NCBI GenBank assembly: GCA_048940925.1
Contig: JBHLOC010000008.1
Coordinates: 46,428 to 110,427, forward strand
From: Promethearchaeota archaeon
Lineage (GTDB): Archaea; Asgardarchaeota; Lokiarchaeia; Sigyniarchaeales; SOKP01
Length of the DNA stretch: 64,000 nucleotides
Reading direction: 5' to 3'
Shown: positions 20,745 to 31,460 of the stretch, piece after piece
Layout of the letters: each line of letters starts with the position of its first letter
Position numbering within the stretch: position 1 is the first letter of the stretch
Notes under the pieces: model-generated
What the model was told of the DNA's origin: nothing
Seen by the model: only the letters and a program-made list of their open reading frames with translations
The model's database searches: none
Position numbers and translations under genes: made by a program

Positions 20745-22643
20745 ATGCGATTAAAATTGGATGATATCCTCATTTTAAAGTTAGGTGGAAGCTTATTAAC
20801 TGACAAATCTGAACCATTTTCTATAAGGGAACAAATTTTAAATGATTCAATTCAACAAATTGTTGATTGTCGTAAGAAATTAGTTTTGATTCATGGTGGT
20901 GGATCATTTGGCCATCCAGTTGCAAGAGAATATAATATTTCTAATGGTATAAATCCAGCTATTCAAAATCAATTATTTGGGCTCACAAAAACCCATGATG
21001 TAATGAACCAACTTAATTCAAAAATTATTGAGACTTTTTTAAAGAAAGATTTTCCAGCAATCTCAATTCAACCATCAAGTATTTTTATGATAAGATCAAA
21101 AAAAATAACTATTCAAGCAATCGAAGTAATTGAAGCAGCATTGGAGTTAGAGATTTTGCCTGTTTTGTATGGAGATATAATTTTAGATTCAGATGGTTCT
21201 TTTTCAATTATCTCGGGAGATCAAATCATTTTGGAAATTTGCAAGAAATTAAAAAACTTCAGAATTAAGAAAGTGATATTTACAATTGAAAAAGATGGAG
21301 TTTTCATAAAGGATACAAATAATAATATAAAATTAGCAACAAAAATTGATTCAAATACTATAAGTAGTTTAAATTTAGCAAATCTTGAAGATAAAATTGA
21401 TGTTACGGGGGGTATTAAAAAAAAACTTGAAATTGTAGAAAAAATTTGCAATTTAGGCATACCTGTTCAAATAATAAACGGTTTAGAAAACAAGAATATC
21501 CTTAAAGTATTAAATAATCAACATATAGAATGTACTAGTTTTAAACCAATATTGAAGAGAGAAATTGAAAGTAAATTGTATAATAGAAAGATAGAACATA
21601 TAAGAATACCTTTAAAATATAATGTACAACATTCAAAGAATCATTTTGATGAAATTAATTTAATACATCATGCTTTACCTGAACATGAATTAGATGATAT
21701 TAACCTTTCAGTTGATTTCTTTGATAAGAACATATCTGCTCCTATATGCATTGCAGCAATTACAGGAGGACATGAGATTTCTAAAGCAATTAATAACATT
21801 TTAGCAAACGCTGCTAATTTAGAGAATATAATTATGAGTGTTGGGAGCCAAAGAATAGGAGTAGAAGATCCTAATACAATTGATTCATTTAAAATTGTAC
21901 GTGATGTTGCACCTGATATTCCAATAATAGGAAATTTAGGAATTGGACAGATTTGTTCTTCGAAGTTTAATATTGATTATTTCTTTAAGTGTATTGAAAT
22001 GATTAATGCGGATGTTATGGCTATACATTTCAATGCACTACATGAACTTGTCCAAACTGATGGTAATATTTCCTATAAAAATTTTGAAGAAATTTTTAAA
22101 GAAATTAGAAAGAAAAGTAAAATTCCAATTATAGCTAAAGAAGTTGGAACAGGATTTAATAAAGATCTAGCATTAAAGCTTGATTTATTAGGATTTGATG
22201 GTTTTGACGTTGGAGGAACAGGTGGTACTAGTTTTGCTGCAATAGAATCTTTTCGGGATGCAACAAGTTATGAAGCATATTCTCGTAAAATTGCTGACAC
22301 ATTTCGTGAATGGGGAATTCCAACACCAGTTAGTATTGTGAATGTTAGAGAAGTATCTAAAAAGTTAATAATCGCAACTGGTGGTTTACGCTCTGGGATT
22401 GATATTGCCAAAGCTATTGTATTAGGTGCAAACATTGGTGGTTTTGCCTTTAAATTTCTAAAAACAGCATGGAAGGATTACAAACACAATACTTTAGCAA
22501 ATTCAATCAAAGAAATAAAAACTTTAAAGCAAGAATTAAGATCTTCCTTATGGTTAATGAATATTAAAAATATTGGTGATCTTAGAAGTAAAACTGGTAA
22601 GGCTGTTTTATTGGGTGAATTATATCAATGGATAAATCAATAG
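20745..22643 (+). CDS. fni: Fusion of isopentenyl phosphate kinase and type 2 IPP isomerase
   Basis: N-half has KLGGSLLTDK, HGGGSFGH and DVTGG (IPK); C-half has RKIEHI, AITGG, GSQR, KEVGTG, GGTSF, WGIPT and TGGLRSG (IDI-2). Confidence 0.92.
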   Translation: MRLKLDDILILKLGGSLLTDKSEPFSIREQILNDSIQQIVDCRKKLVLIHGGGSFGHPVAREYNISNGINPAIQNQLFGLTKTHDVMNQLNSKIIETFLKKDFPAISIQPSSIFMIRSKKITIQAIEVIEAALELEILPVLYGDIILDSDGSFSIISGDQIILEICKKLKNFRIKKVIFTIEKDGVFIKDTNNNIKLATKIDSNTISSLNLANLEDKIDVTGGIKKKLEIVEKICNLGIPVQIINGLENKNILKVLNNQHIECTSFKPILKREIESKLYNRKIEHIRIPLKYNVQHSKNHFDEINLIHHALPEHELDDINLSVDFFDKNISAPICIAAITGGHEISKAINNILANAANLENIIMSVGSQRIGVEDPNTIDSFKIVRDVAPDIPIIGNLGIGQICSSKFNIDYFFKCIEMINADVMAIHFNALHELVQTDGNISYKNFEEIFKEIRKKSKIPIIAKEVGTGFNKDLALKLDLLGFDGFDVGGTGGTSFAAIESFRDATSYEAYSRKIADTFREWGIPTPVSIVNVREVSKKLIIATGGLRSGIDIAKAIVLGANIGGFAFKFLKTAWKDYKHNTLANSIKEIKTLKQELRSSLWLMNIKNIGDLRSKTGKAVLLGELYQWINQ

Positions 22644-22770
22644 TAATTTAATTTTTATTAGAATTTAGAATCAAATATTTTGTTAACCAAATGGTAACCT
22701 CGATTATTTCTCATCAACAATCTATAAATGAATTCTTTAGTCCTAGTATTAAACGAAAAATAAAAAATTT

Positions 22771-23157
22771 CTATTCTGGCTTTTCTTCTAATGCATCTTC
22801 AATTTCATTTTTAAATCCATCGAATGAGCTGATTTTTCCGGTAGATAAATCTATTTTATCAGAATAAAGTTTTAGAAACTTTTTAGCTAGTTTTTCTAAC
22901 TCTTTATTGACCTTTTTTTGAGGAAATCTTTTCGAAGAATTAGCAATAAAAATAAGGTCATGTTTTTTAATAAAGGTAAATCTTCTATTATTTAATTCAA
23001 AATTAGATAAACCACCATCAGATATATGATCAGCAAATGTATTTAATGCACTCATCATTGCTCCAAACATCTGAGGTGCTATAGATTTATCAAAAGCTCT
23101 GTGGAAGATTACAATCCCCGACCTTTCCATAATCCACACATTTTGGAGTACTTTCAA
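22771..23157 (-). CDS. Longin-like domain protein
   Basis: VWIMERSGIVIF...MFGAMMSALNTFA pattern typical of Asgard longin/roadblock-like proteins; AGGAGG SD. Confidence 0.7.
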   Translation of the reverse strand: MKVLQNVWIMERSGIVIFHRAFDKSIAPQMFGAMMSALNTFADHISDGGLSNFELNNRRFTFIKKHDLIFIANSSKRFPQKKVNKELEKLAKKFLKLYSDKIDLSTGKISSFDGFKNEIEDALEEKPE

Positions 23158-23258
23158 ATGAAGCCTCCTTAAATTATTTTCTTTCAGAAAGTAAAATTAA
23201 AAGTATATAAAAGAAGAATTATTAAATAAATTTTAAAACTTTTTATTTAAAATAAATT

Positions 23259-24326
23259 TCAAAAGCTTCTATTTAATACAAAGGTTAATAAATTTTCATA
23301 AAACTCTGTTTCAGATTTATTAATTATCGGTTTTAAATGCTCAATGGAAATTTTTGCTTTTTCAAAATAAAAATTGGCTAACTCTTTACTTGAATCTTTT
23401 ACTTCAGCTTCCCTAAATAAATTCTTTACTTCTTGAACATCTTCATCACTCATTTCCTGTTGCTCAATTAATTGATTAAGATGTTCTTTCTTTCTTTTTT
23501 CTAATTTATTTAAAGCACTTATTAGTAGACATGTTTTTTTACCTTCTCTAATATCCCCGTCGGTAGGCTTTCCTGTAACTTTTTCGTCTCCAAAGGTGCC
23601 TAAAATATCATCAATAATCTGAAAGGTAATACCCAGATTAATTCCATATACAGAAAGATGTTTTTTATACTTTTCATCAGCCTTTGAGTAGTTTGCTCCA
23701 ATTAAAATGGATTTTTCTAAAAGAGCGCCAGTTTTAAGAGAGATCATATTAATATAGTCTTGAATTGAGATTTCTTTCTGATTTACCATATCTAACTCAA
23801 TCAATACCCCATTTGCTATATCTGTGAATGCTTGCTCATAATAATTGATTGCATTTAGGTTTAATTCCTTTTCAAAGTTGTTGTTAAAATAAGCCTCCAA
23901 ACCTAAAAAAAATGCGGAATCCCCTCCAATTATTCCGATGGAGTTCCCAAAATCCGTAGCGTTCATTTTTTTTAAATTATATTTTTTATAGTAATTTTTA
24001 AATCTAAAATGAAATGCAGGTTTCCCTCTCCTAAAATCATCCTTATCGATAATATCATCATGAACTAATGAAGCATTATGAAGGAATTCAGTTCCTACAC
24101 TTGGAATTATGATCCTATCATCATTTTTAGTGTTAAAAGCATTATAAGTTGCAATGCATAATAAAGGACGGATCCTCTTGCCTCCCGCTAAAAAATAATC
24201 TCTTAATTCTGAATAATAATCCTTTAGAAACGAATTCTCTACGCTTTTTAATTTTTCATTGTAAATAGTTTCAATTGCATAATTAATCTTGGATTTATAT
24301 TTGGTTACATAATCTGTGAATTTTAT
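23259..24326 (-). CDS. idsA: Polyprenyl (geranylgeranyl) diphosphate synthase, ATA start (355 aa)
   Basis: The frame extends 120 codons upstream of the listed ORF and includes GGKRIRP and HDDIIDKDDFRRG (FARM); SARM FQIIDDILG. The only plausible start is ATA after the AAGGTGA SD. Confidence 0.88.
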   Translation of the reverse strand: MKFTDYVTKYKSKINYAIETIYNEKLKSVENSFLKDYYSELRDYFLAGGKRIRPLLCIATYNAFNTKNDDRIIIPSVGTEFLHNASLVHDDIIDKDDFRRGKPAFHFRFKNYYKKYNLKKMNATDFGNSIGIIGGDSAFFLGLEAYFNNNFEKELNLNAINYYEQAFTDIANGVLIELDMVNQKEISIQDYINMISLKTGALLEKSILIGANYSKADEKYKKHLSVYGINLGITFQIIDDILGTFGDEKVTGKPTDGDIREGKKTCLLISALNKLEKRKKEHLNQLIEQQEMSDEDVQEVKNLFREAEVKDSSKELANFYFEKAKISIEHLKPIINKSETEFYENLLTFVLNRSF

Positions 24327-24524
24327 ATAAGTTCACCTTAATTCTTGATAAATAATAACATTTATTTTAAATTATAAGACATATATTTTACTAGAATAAA
24401 AGTAAAATCAAATTATCAATATTCTTAATTACTAGAAAAGATAATATTTAAATTTTAAAATCAAAATTATGAATGCTGACTTTCTCTTAGATAAAGAATT
24501 TAATATTATAGGCGGAATAGCTTT

Positions 24525-26213
24525 TTGAACAATCTAATCCATTTACGATCCGATAGGAAAAAATTAGGAATAATAATTAGCGTATTAATAATAATTATTG
24601 GTGTAATTCCACTATTAATTTTAACTTACTTTCCAGAATTAAAACACTCCTATACAATTGAACCTTTGGCGCTTAGATCTGAGGATGGAGTCTATATAAG
24701 TGCCTATAAATACACACCAGAAATAGAAAAGAGTCATGCTGGAATAGTAGTTTGTCATGGCTTTTTTGGTAATAAACTTAATATGCAACCATTAAGTATA
24801 GAACTTGTTAAACGCGGATTCACTGTCTTAAGTTTTGATTTTCGTGGACATGGAGCTTCTGGAGGATATTTTTTACGTAAAGATTTAATCAAAGATCTTA
24901 AAGCTGCTGTTGATTATTTTGAATACCATCTACCATATATTACTGAAATTGGACTAGTTGGTCATTCCATAGGTGCTGAAATAGCGTCATTATTTTCAAG
25001 AACCAACCCAAATAAAGTCAATGTAACCGTTTGTATTGGTAGTGTTTCTTCTAATTTTAGCGGTGTATCGAATCTTCTTTTAGTTACGGGATTATATGAT
25101 CCAGGTGTAAGTGAAGAGAAAATCATTGAGGTCTTACAGGCATACACCGGAAAAGAAAATGTATACGTTGATGAGACATATTGGGGTGATTTTACAAACG
25201 GAACAAACATTAGGGCTTACATCAGCCCTTTTTCGGGGCATTTATCTGAAGTAGTAGATTCTGCAATTCTTTATCAGATAGTACAGTGGTTTGAACAAGC
25301 TTTTAATGGTGAAAAGGGCGAGAATATTTTCATAACAGCAACAATATTACAAATATTTTCTTATGTTGCCTTATTTGGAGTTATTTTCCTTAACGCTACC
25401 TTAATAGTTTATCTTAGTAATTATCTATTTAAAAATAAATTTGAATTTCCTGAAAAAGAAATATTTAGAGGTGAAGTAGATTACTCTATCAAAAAATTAA
25501 TTGAATATTATGCTATTCCCGCAGTAATTATCCAAATTATTATTTTTTTAATTTTATTAGATATTTTAGGGGAAATTATCCCATATTCTACAATAAGTAT
25601 AACATTATCGCTTATTATTGGGGCTGCTATTGGAGCTTTTTTAATATATATATTCATTCTTTTAAGCTGGGAAGAAAGGTTTTTCTTTAAACATTTATCT
25701 TTGAGAATTAAGAAGATGTGCTCAGTACATCCTGGACGTTCACTAATTTATGGAACTCTTGTTGCGTTACTGGTAATATTTTCGATAGCTGCTATTTGGC
25801 AGTGGTCTGTTCAAAATACGCTCCCTACTGTACGTGAGGTTGGAACAATGATAATTATAACTCTTATTTCATTTCCTTTTTTCTTGATTAGAGAATTCTA
25901 TTTTAGGAGCGTTCAAGGGCGATTAAAAACTTCTTATAAATATGAGGAATATTTCATTATGGTAGGTATAGGGATTTTCATGGATAATTTTGTTATTATA
26001 TCAATTATCATTATTGGGAGACTTAATTTAGCTTACTTACCAGCATATGCTCTTTATTTATTTGTATGGATTATATTCTCAATAATCCAAAACATATCAG
26101 TGACTTGGGTCTATATAAATTCAGGAAGAAACATTCTAGGTTCAACTATCTTCTTAAGTATACTCTACTCTTGGATGCTAGTTGTGTTCTTCCCCTCATA
26201 TGGGTTTCTATGA
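24525..26213 (+). CDS. Alpha/beta hydrolase fused to a multi-pass membrane domain
   Basis: N-terminal TM, CHGF, DFRGHG and GHSIG motifs; about 8 C-terminal TM helices. Confidence 0.8.
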   Translation: MNNLIHLRSDRKKLGIIISVLIIIIGVIPLLILTYFPELKHSYTIEPLALRSEDGVYISAYKYTPEIEKSHAGIVVCHGFFGNKLNMQPLSIELVKRGFTVLSFDFRGHGASGGYFLRKDLIKDLKAAVDYFEYHLPYITEIGLVGHSIGAEIASLFSRTNPNKVNVTVCIGSVSSNFSGVSNLLLVTGLYDPGVSEEKIIEVLQAYTGKENVYVDETYWGDFTNGTNIRAYISPFSGHLSEVVDSAILYQIVQWFEQAFNGEKGENIFITATILQIFSYVALFGVIFLNATLIVYLSNYLFKNKFEFPEKEIFRGEVDYSIKKLIEYYAIPAVIIQIIIFLILLDILGEIIPYSTISITLSLIIGAAIGAFLIYIFILLSWEERFFFKHLSLRIKKMCSVHPGRSLIYGTLVALLVIFSIAAIWQWSVQNTLPTVREVGTMIIITLISFPFFLIREFYFRSVQGRLKTSYKYEEYFIMVGIGIFMDNFVIISIIIIGRLNLAYLPAYALYLFVWIIFSIIQNISVTWVYINSGRNILGSTIFLSILYSWMLVVFFPSYGFL

Positions 26214-26348
26214 GTTAATTTTTGTCTTTATATAGTTAAAGTTTTTTATAATATTATCGCTTTTTTTTTATTCTGAATACACAAGATAAGAATAAATAAA
26301 AAATTGCAATAATTTTTATCATAGGAAAAATGGGATAAATTTTATCAG

Positions 26349-26837
26349 TTGACAAATTCAATGGTTGAAATAATACGAGAAATCCAGAAAAGAGACAGGA
26401 AAAAGTGTCTTGGGATTATTATTACTTGTTTAAATGAAATAAATAGTAGAAATTATACTTCAGAATTCATAAAGCACTTAGTAAAGAGCTATAAAAAGAA
26501 TTTTATGAATAGACGAGAGATTCACACTTTTGTGTTTGAAAAAGAAGGAAATATCTTAGGTACTGGAAGTATTTCAGCAGAGGGTCAAATCCTTGATGTT
26601 TTTGTTGATGTAAAAAATCATAGAAGAGGAATTGGTAAAAAAATTATGAAAACACTCGAAATAGAAGCAAATCAGAAAAAGATGAAAACTATTTTTTTAT
26701 ATTCAGCAATATCAGCTGTTGATTTTTACAAAAACCTTGGATATTTTGAGATGGACAGGTTAGTTCATAAAAATAAAGATGTTGAAATTAGAATGGAAAA
26801 ACCTTTAGATAAAATTGATTCAAACAGTTTAATTTGA
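26349..26837 (+). CDS. GNAT acetyltransferase
   Basis: VFVD..HRRGIGK and AVDFYKNLGY motifs. Confidence 0.85.
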   Translation: MTNSMVEIIREIQKRDRKKCLGIIITCLNEINSRNYTSEFIKHLVKSYKKNFMNRREIHTFVFEKEGNILGTGSISAEGQILDVFVDVKNHRRGIGKKIMKTLEIEANQKKMKTIFLYSAISAVDFYKNLGYFEMDRLVHKNKDVEIRMEKPLDKIDSNSLI

Positions 26838-26901
26838 TTTTAAGCAGGATACTCAAATCATTAGTGAGATCAGATAGTCTTTATCTCTATATTTCTTTGA
26901 A

Positions 26902-29721
26902 TCACGCAACTAAGCTCAGTTCAATTTTAAATGTAGCAATTACATGTGCTTGTAATGTTATTTCCAGTATATTTTTATCAAACCTATCAATATTTGCTTT
27001 AATTACTTGTTTTGGTATATCTTCCAACAAATTTACAATTTTAACATCGCTAATTGTGATCTTTTCATAAAAAGTTAAAATTGTCTTTTGAGGGATAGAG
27101 GAAATATTATAAACTCTGATAACCAAATAATCTCCCTCCTCTGCTTTTTTAAGAGCACTTAAAATTACGCTTTTATTATTTATCTCAAGAAAACTTAAAG
27201 CAAAAGGAAGATAAGGCTCAAATTGTTCTTTTTTGGATGTACGATAGTAAGATAAAGGTCCAGATGGTCTTAATATAACTTTATCCGAGGCTCTAAAAGG
27301 GGTTTGAACCATTGCTGGAAAAATTGGCTTAAGTGGGCTATTAAATTCTTTTCCTCTCATATGTACTTCTGAATCTAACCAGTTGGTTTTTTGGCTAGTT
27401 ATAATTGACAATTCAAATATGTGTGTACCAAGGCATTGTGCACCAGGTGTGTTCAAACCTGGTCCTGCATGAGACATTCTAGTAATAAAATCATCACGAG
27501 AAAGCCATTCAACACATCTTAAGAGTGTGATTGCAAATATTATAGTATTATCTTTATTAATTATCCCTTCATATTCCGGTAAACCTTTGTTTAATACAGC
27601 AAAAGTTCTTGAATTATCATTAATACATACAAAATCCTTCTGATGGTTTGTAGGTAGCGGTTTTTGAACCCACTTGTCTGCTTTTGGCATTTTAACCCTC
27701 CTAGGAACGACATAAAAGTGTCCATCAGCAAAGATTGTGTCTGATCTTATCTTAGTAGGAAACAAGACACGAATTCGATGATCTTTGCTATTATTTTCTA
27801 ATTCAATCTTAAAATCAATTCGTTTAATCCCTTTATATAATGAGATATATAACGTTATTTTATTATCAACTAACCAGTCTTTTCTATTATATCTATCCTC
27901 TGTAAGCGAGTGTGGAAGCTTTAGGTTTAATCTTAATTTAAATGTCTTTTGAGATGGGCCATCTATATAAACTGATCTTTCGAATATAGCAGCATCTTCA
28001 GTTGTGAAAACCAGATCATTTTGATTCTCTCTTGGACCAGAAAAGTCATATTCATCACCCCAATCACCCACATCCTCGAATTCACAAATATTTTCATAGC
28101 ACACTCCTGTTGTTTTATCAGTAACTTTGATAAATCCATCTGATTTTATATCAATTCGATAAAACTCATTTTCTAAATATTCTCGTGTTATCTTAAAATT
28201 TATGTTTTCGACAGTATATAACGTTGCTGATTCCACTGGTATAACGTAATAAACTTTATAGCCACATGGAGGAACTTCTGCTAAAAATGTTAACTTATGA
28301 CTTATGCCAAACTTTCTGGTAAATCGAGGCTGTTCTTTAATAACACAAGTTTGATATTCAATTTCTTGTTCATCAGAATCAATCACTTTGATATTAAATG
28401 GTAATTTTTCACCTTTAGTCTTACGTGAAATCATATTGAATTCTACAACATCTTTTCGTTTCCATGGGAGTGGATTATAAACAATTAAAGAGTTTAAATC
28501 CTTGTATTTAATATTCCCATTAATAAAATTGGATAAATAGATAAAAGAGTTTTTAAAAATCTCACTTGCAATTTGCTCTGCCCAGTCAAATCTCGTGTTC
28601 ATTTCATCATGAACTTCATCAATGCTACAACCACATATACTATCATGGGGGGCATTTTTCTGAAGCCATTTTAAGCCTGTTAGTATGTAATCCTTTGGGT
28701 AAATAAAGCTCCTATATTTATCTAGAACCCACGTAATTGTAGAAATCGGTTCTGAGTACTTTTCATAAAGATTTTCAATTACTGTATTTCTTTGCTTAAT
28801 CCAAATTCGAGCGGACAATACTCCTGATAATAAATGACCATATCTTCCGCCTCTTAATTCTCCTTCAAATGATTTTAAATTTGGATTTGATTCTAAAACT
28901 TTGCCTACATAATATTCAAAGTCCGCTTGTTCTATATATTTTTCAGGATATAAATTATTCCATTGTTTTATGATTTCTGGTATTTCTGGTTGAGCTTCAT
29001 CGTGATCTGAACCATTATTAAGGAGTACATGTGGAGTACTAGTATAATTTTCTAAATTTTTAACCATATATTTTATCCTTCTCAATGCAGGTTTATATTC
29101 TCCCTTGATTTTTTGTGTATTGAGCTTTTCTAATGACCCATAACCAAATATTAAATGAATTCCTAAAATAGATGCGGCATTTCCAGGGGCTTTCCATAAA
29201 TATTCCATATTCAAATTGTTTTCTTCAAATTCATTACCAAATCCTCTCTTAAATATTACAGAAGAGATTTCAAAACCACTTAAAACTTGAGGCAATTGTG
29301 CAATATGCCCAAATGGATCAGGTATATAACCTGCTTTCATTACACGTCCAAACTTTCTGCTAATTTGGTGTCCGATTATTAAATTTCTTATTAAAGATTC
29401 ACTACTAACCAAAAATTCATCTGGCAACACATACATTGGACCTATAGAAAGCCTTCCTTCTTTTACATATTTTTTAATTTCCTCCTCTCTCTCAGGTCGA
29501 ACTTCTAAATAATCCTCTATTGGAATGGTTTGCCCGTCGAACGTGAAATTTTTGTAATCAGGGTCATTTTTTAGAACATCCAACAATTTATCCATCATTA
29601 TAACAAGTCTAGCACGAAACTCTTGAAAAGGGAGATACCAATCATGCTTTATACATCAATTGTATAAAGTTTCACGGTCCCAATGAGTTTCTGGAACAAT
29701 TATTATGTTATTCGCTTTCAA
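26902..29721 (-). CDS. GH38 alpha-mannosidase (MngB-like), spliced: exons 29721-29671 and 29640-26902 (929 aa)
   Basis: TTG start gives MKANNIIIVPETHWDRE; removing 30 nt joins WYLPFQEFR, restoring the GH38 HWDREWY Zn-binding motif. FDGQ, PDPFGH and HDSICGCS motifs follow. Confidence 0.9.
29641..29670 (-). other. Putative BHB-type mRNA intron (30 nt) in the GH38 gene
   Basis: CGTG AA|A CTTTATACA ATTGA TGTATAAAG CATG AT|T: 4-bp helix, two 3-nt bulges and a perfect 9-bp intron stem; contains an in-frame TGA. Confidence 0.88.
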
Positions 29722-29812
29722 AATAATGGCATTCTCATCAAAATTTTTAATTTGAGTTTCTAAAAGAATAGTGTTATATAAACTAATTGAATATTCAAAG
29801 AATTAAGGACAT

Positions 29813-31339
29813 TTAATGATGTTTTAATAATGATTTCCCTATAACACTTGAATGAGGTTTTTTACCTAATAAATCTAATAAAGTTGGGACCATATCGGTT
29901 GTCTTACAATATGATAGTTCCATTAATGGAATTTCTGGTGAGCCCCCAATTATAAATGGTACGATCATCGATTCCTTTAGTGCTATATCGTGGCCATAAA
30001 TATGATCATTAATAGTTTTACCATGCTCATAATTAAATGCAAATTCGCCTAACGTTGATACCATTATATCGCAAGATCTAGGATTTTTGAAATAACGAGG
30101 TATTTGATCAACAATAATTGGAAAATCTATATGATTCGTAGCCTCTAGCCATTCATCAATCGTATGAAATCTATTATCAAGAATTCTCGCTGAAATTTCA
30201 TTTTTACTATAACCATAGAACTCATAATTATCAAATGTATATCTTGTTTTTTGTTCTATACCAAAACCCTGATATTCAATCATTCCATTGAATTTTTTTC
30301 CAGACTTTTTTTCTAGATACTCAATGTGAATTTTTCCTTTTTCTGGTTTATTATTATCATCTCTATAATACATAAATTTGACTCCTGGAATTTCCCATAA
30401 TATCTCAAAGAGATTTAAACTATTTTGTCCATTACCAGAAGGTTTAAAATTTTGCATATCTTTATTTGTTGGATGATGATGCCAAGTTTCTCCTGGAAAA
30501 TTAAAAAAGCCTACTGATCCAAAATTACAATCAAAATCTCCAATCGCTTTTGAAGGTATATATGGTATTAATCCTTTTTGTTGAAAGTATGGTTCAAGGT
30601 CAACTACCTCCTCTGCTTTAAAATTCCCATGATCTGTTGTTATAGCAATGGCAGTATTATCATAATATCCCCCAATTTTTAAAGTATTCATCAAAGATCC
30701 AATATATTTATCACAATTAATTATTTGATTAATATAATCAATATGGTCAAATCCCAAATCATGCATAAGATCATCAGTATGAGGAACGTATCCTATTGTA
30801 ATTAACGGAACCTCTTTATTAGAAAAAAATTCTCCTGGATTTTTAAAAGCCTTTTCAATATTTGTAAATATAGGCTCTACATCAAAATAATTTTCTGCAA
30901 TAGTAAAATGAGCTCCGCGAAATAAAAAACAAGTAGAGCTTAACATATTTTCTCCAGGTACTTGTTCAAAAATAGTTTTTACATTATTCCCAATATCATT
31001 ATTTATTCGTAATAATTGACTTCTATCTCCATAATTACGAATAAAAGGAAGTTTTTTCTTCGTTGATGGAGGGTCTGTTCTATTTACCCAATGATACATA
31101 GGAACAGCGCTTCCTTCTTTAGGAAAATATCCTGAATAAGAACCTGTTACAATATTACCGTAACAAGGAAAAGTGATAGAAGGATAAGATGTTACGCAAT
31201 TTGAGCATCTAATACCAGTTTTTGCAATTTTTGCCATATTTGGAAGTCTTCCTTCATTCATCAATTTAAATAGATGTTCAGCACGAATATCATCAAAGAT
31301 AATTAATATTACTTGGTTAACTTTAGCGCTACGACTCAT
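29813..31339 (-). CDS. Alkaline phosphatase superfamily / nucleotide pyrophosphatase-phosphodiesterase
   Basis: IIFDD, YPSITFP nucleophile Thr, DDLMH, TTDHG, GH and DMVPTLL motifs. Confidence 0.85.
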   Translation of the reverse strand: MSRSAKVNQVILIIFDDIRAEHLFKLMNEGRLPNMAKIAKTGIRCSNCVTSYPSITFPCYGNIVTGSYSGYFPKEGSAVPMYHWVNRTDPPSTKKKLPFIRNYGDRSQLLRINNDIGNNVKTIFEQVPGENMLSSTCFLFRGAHFTIAENYFDVEPIFTNIEKAFKNPGEFFSNKEVPLITIGYVPHTDDLMHDLGFDHIDYINQIINCDKYIGSLMNTLKIGGYYDNTAIAITTDHGNFKAEEVVDLEPYFQQKGLIPYIPSKAIGDFDCNFGSVGFFNFPGETWHHHPTNKDMQNFKPSGNGQNSLNLFEILWEIPGVKFMYYRDDNNKPEKGKIHIEYLEKKSGKKFNGMIEYQGFGIEQKTRYTFDNYEFYGYSKNEISARILDNRFHTIDEWLEATNHIDFPIIVDQIPRYFKNPRSCDIMVSTLGEFAFNYEHGKTINDHIYGHDIALKESMIVPFIIGGSPEIPLMELSYCKTTDMVPTLLDLLGKKPHSSVIGKSLLKHH

Positions 31340-31460
31340 AATTATCTAATCCTTGATAAGAATTTATATAAATTTTAAATGAAATATTCTTGTATAAAAT
31401 TTGTATTTTAAGTTTTTTTAAAAAGTGATATAGACAATTTAGTAAAACTATCAAATAATA

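Noticed and set aside
29656-29658. In-frame TGA in the GH38 gene read as selenocysteine
   Set aside because: It lies in the intron loop, readthrough would disrupt HWDREWY, and no SECIS was noticed for this gene.
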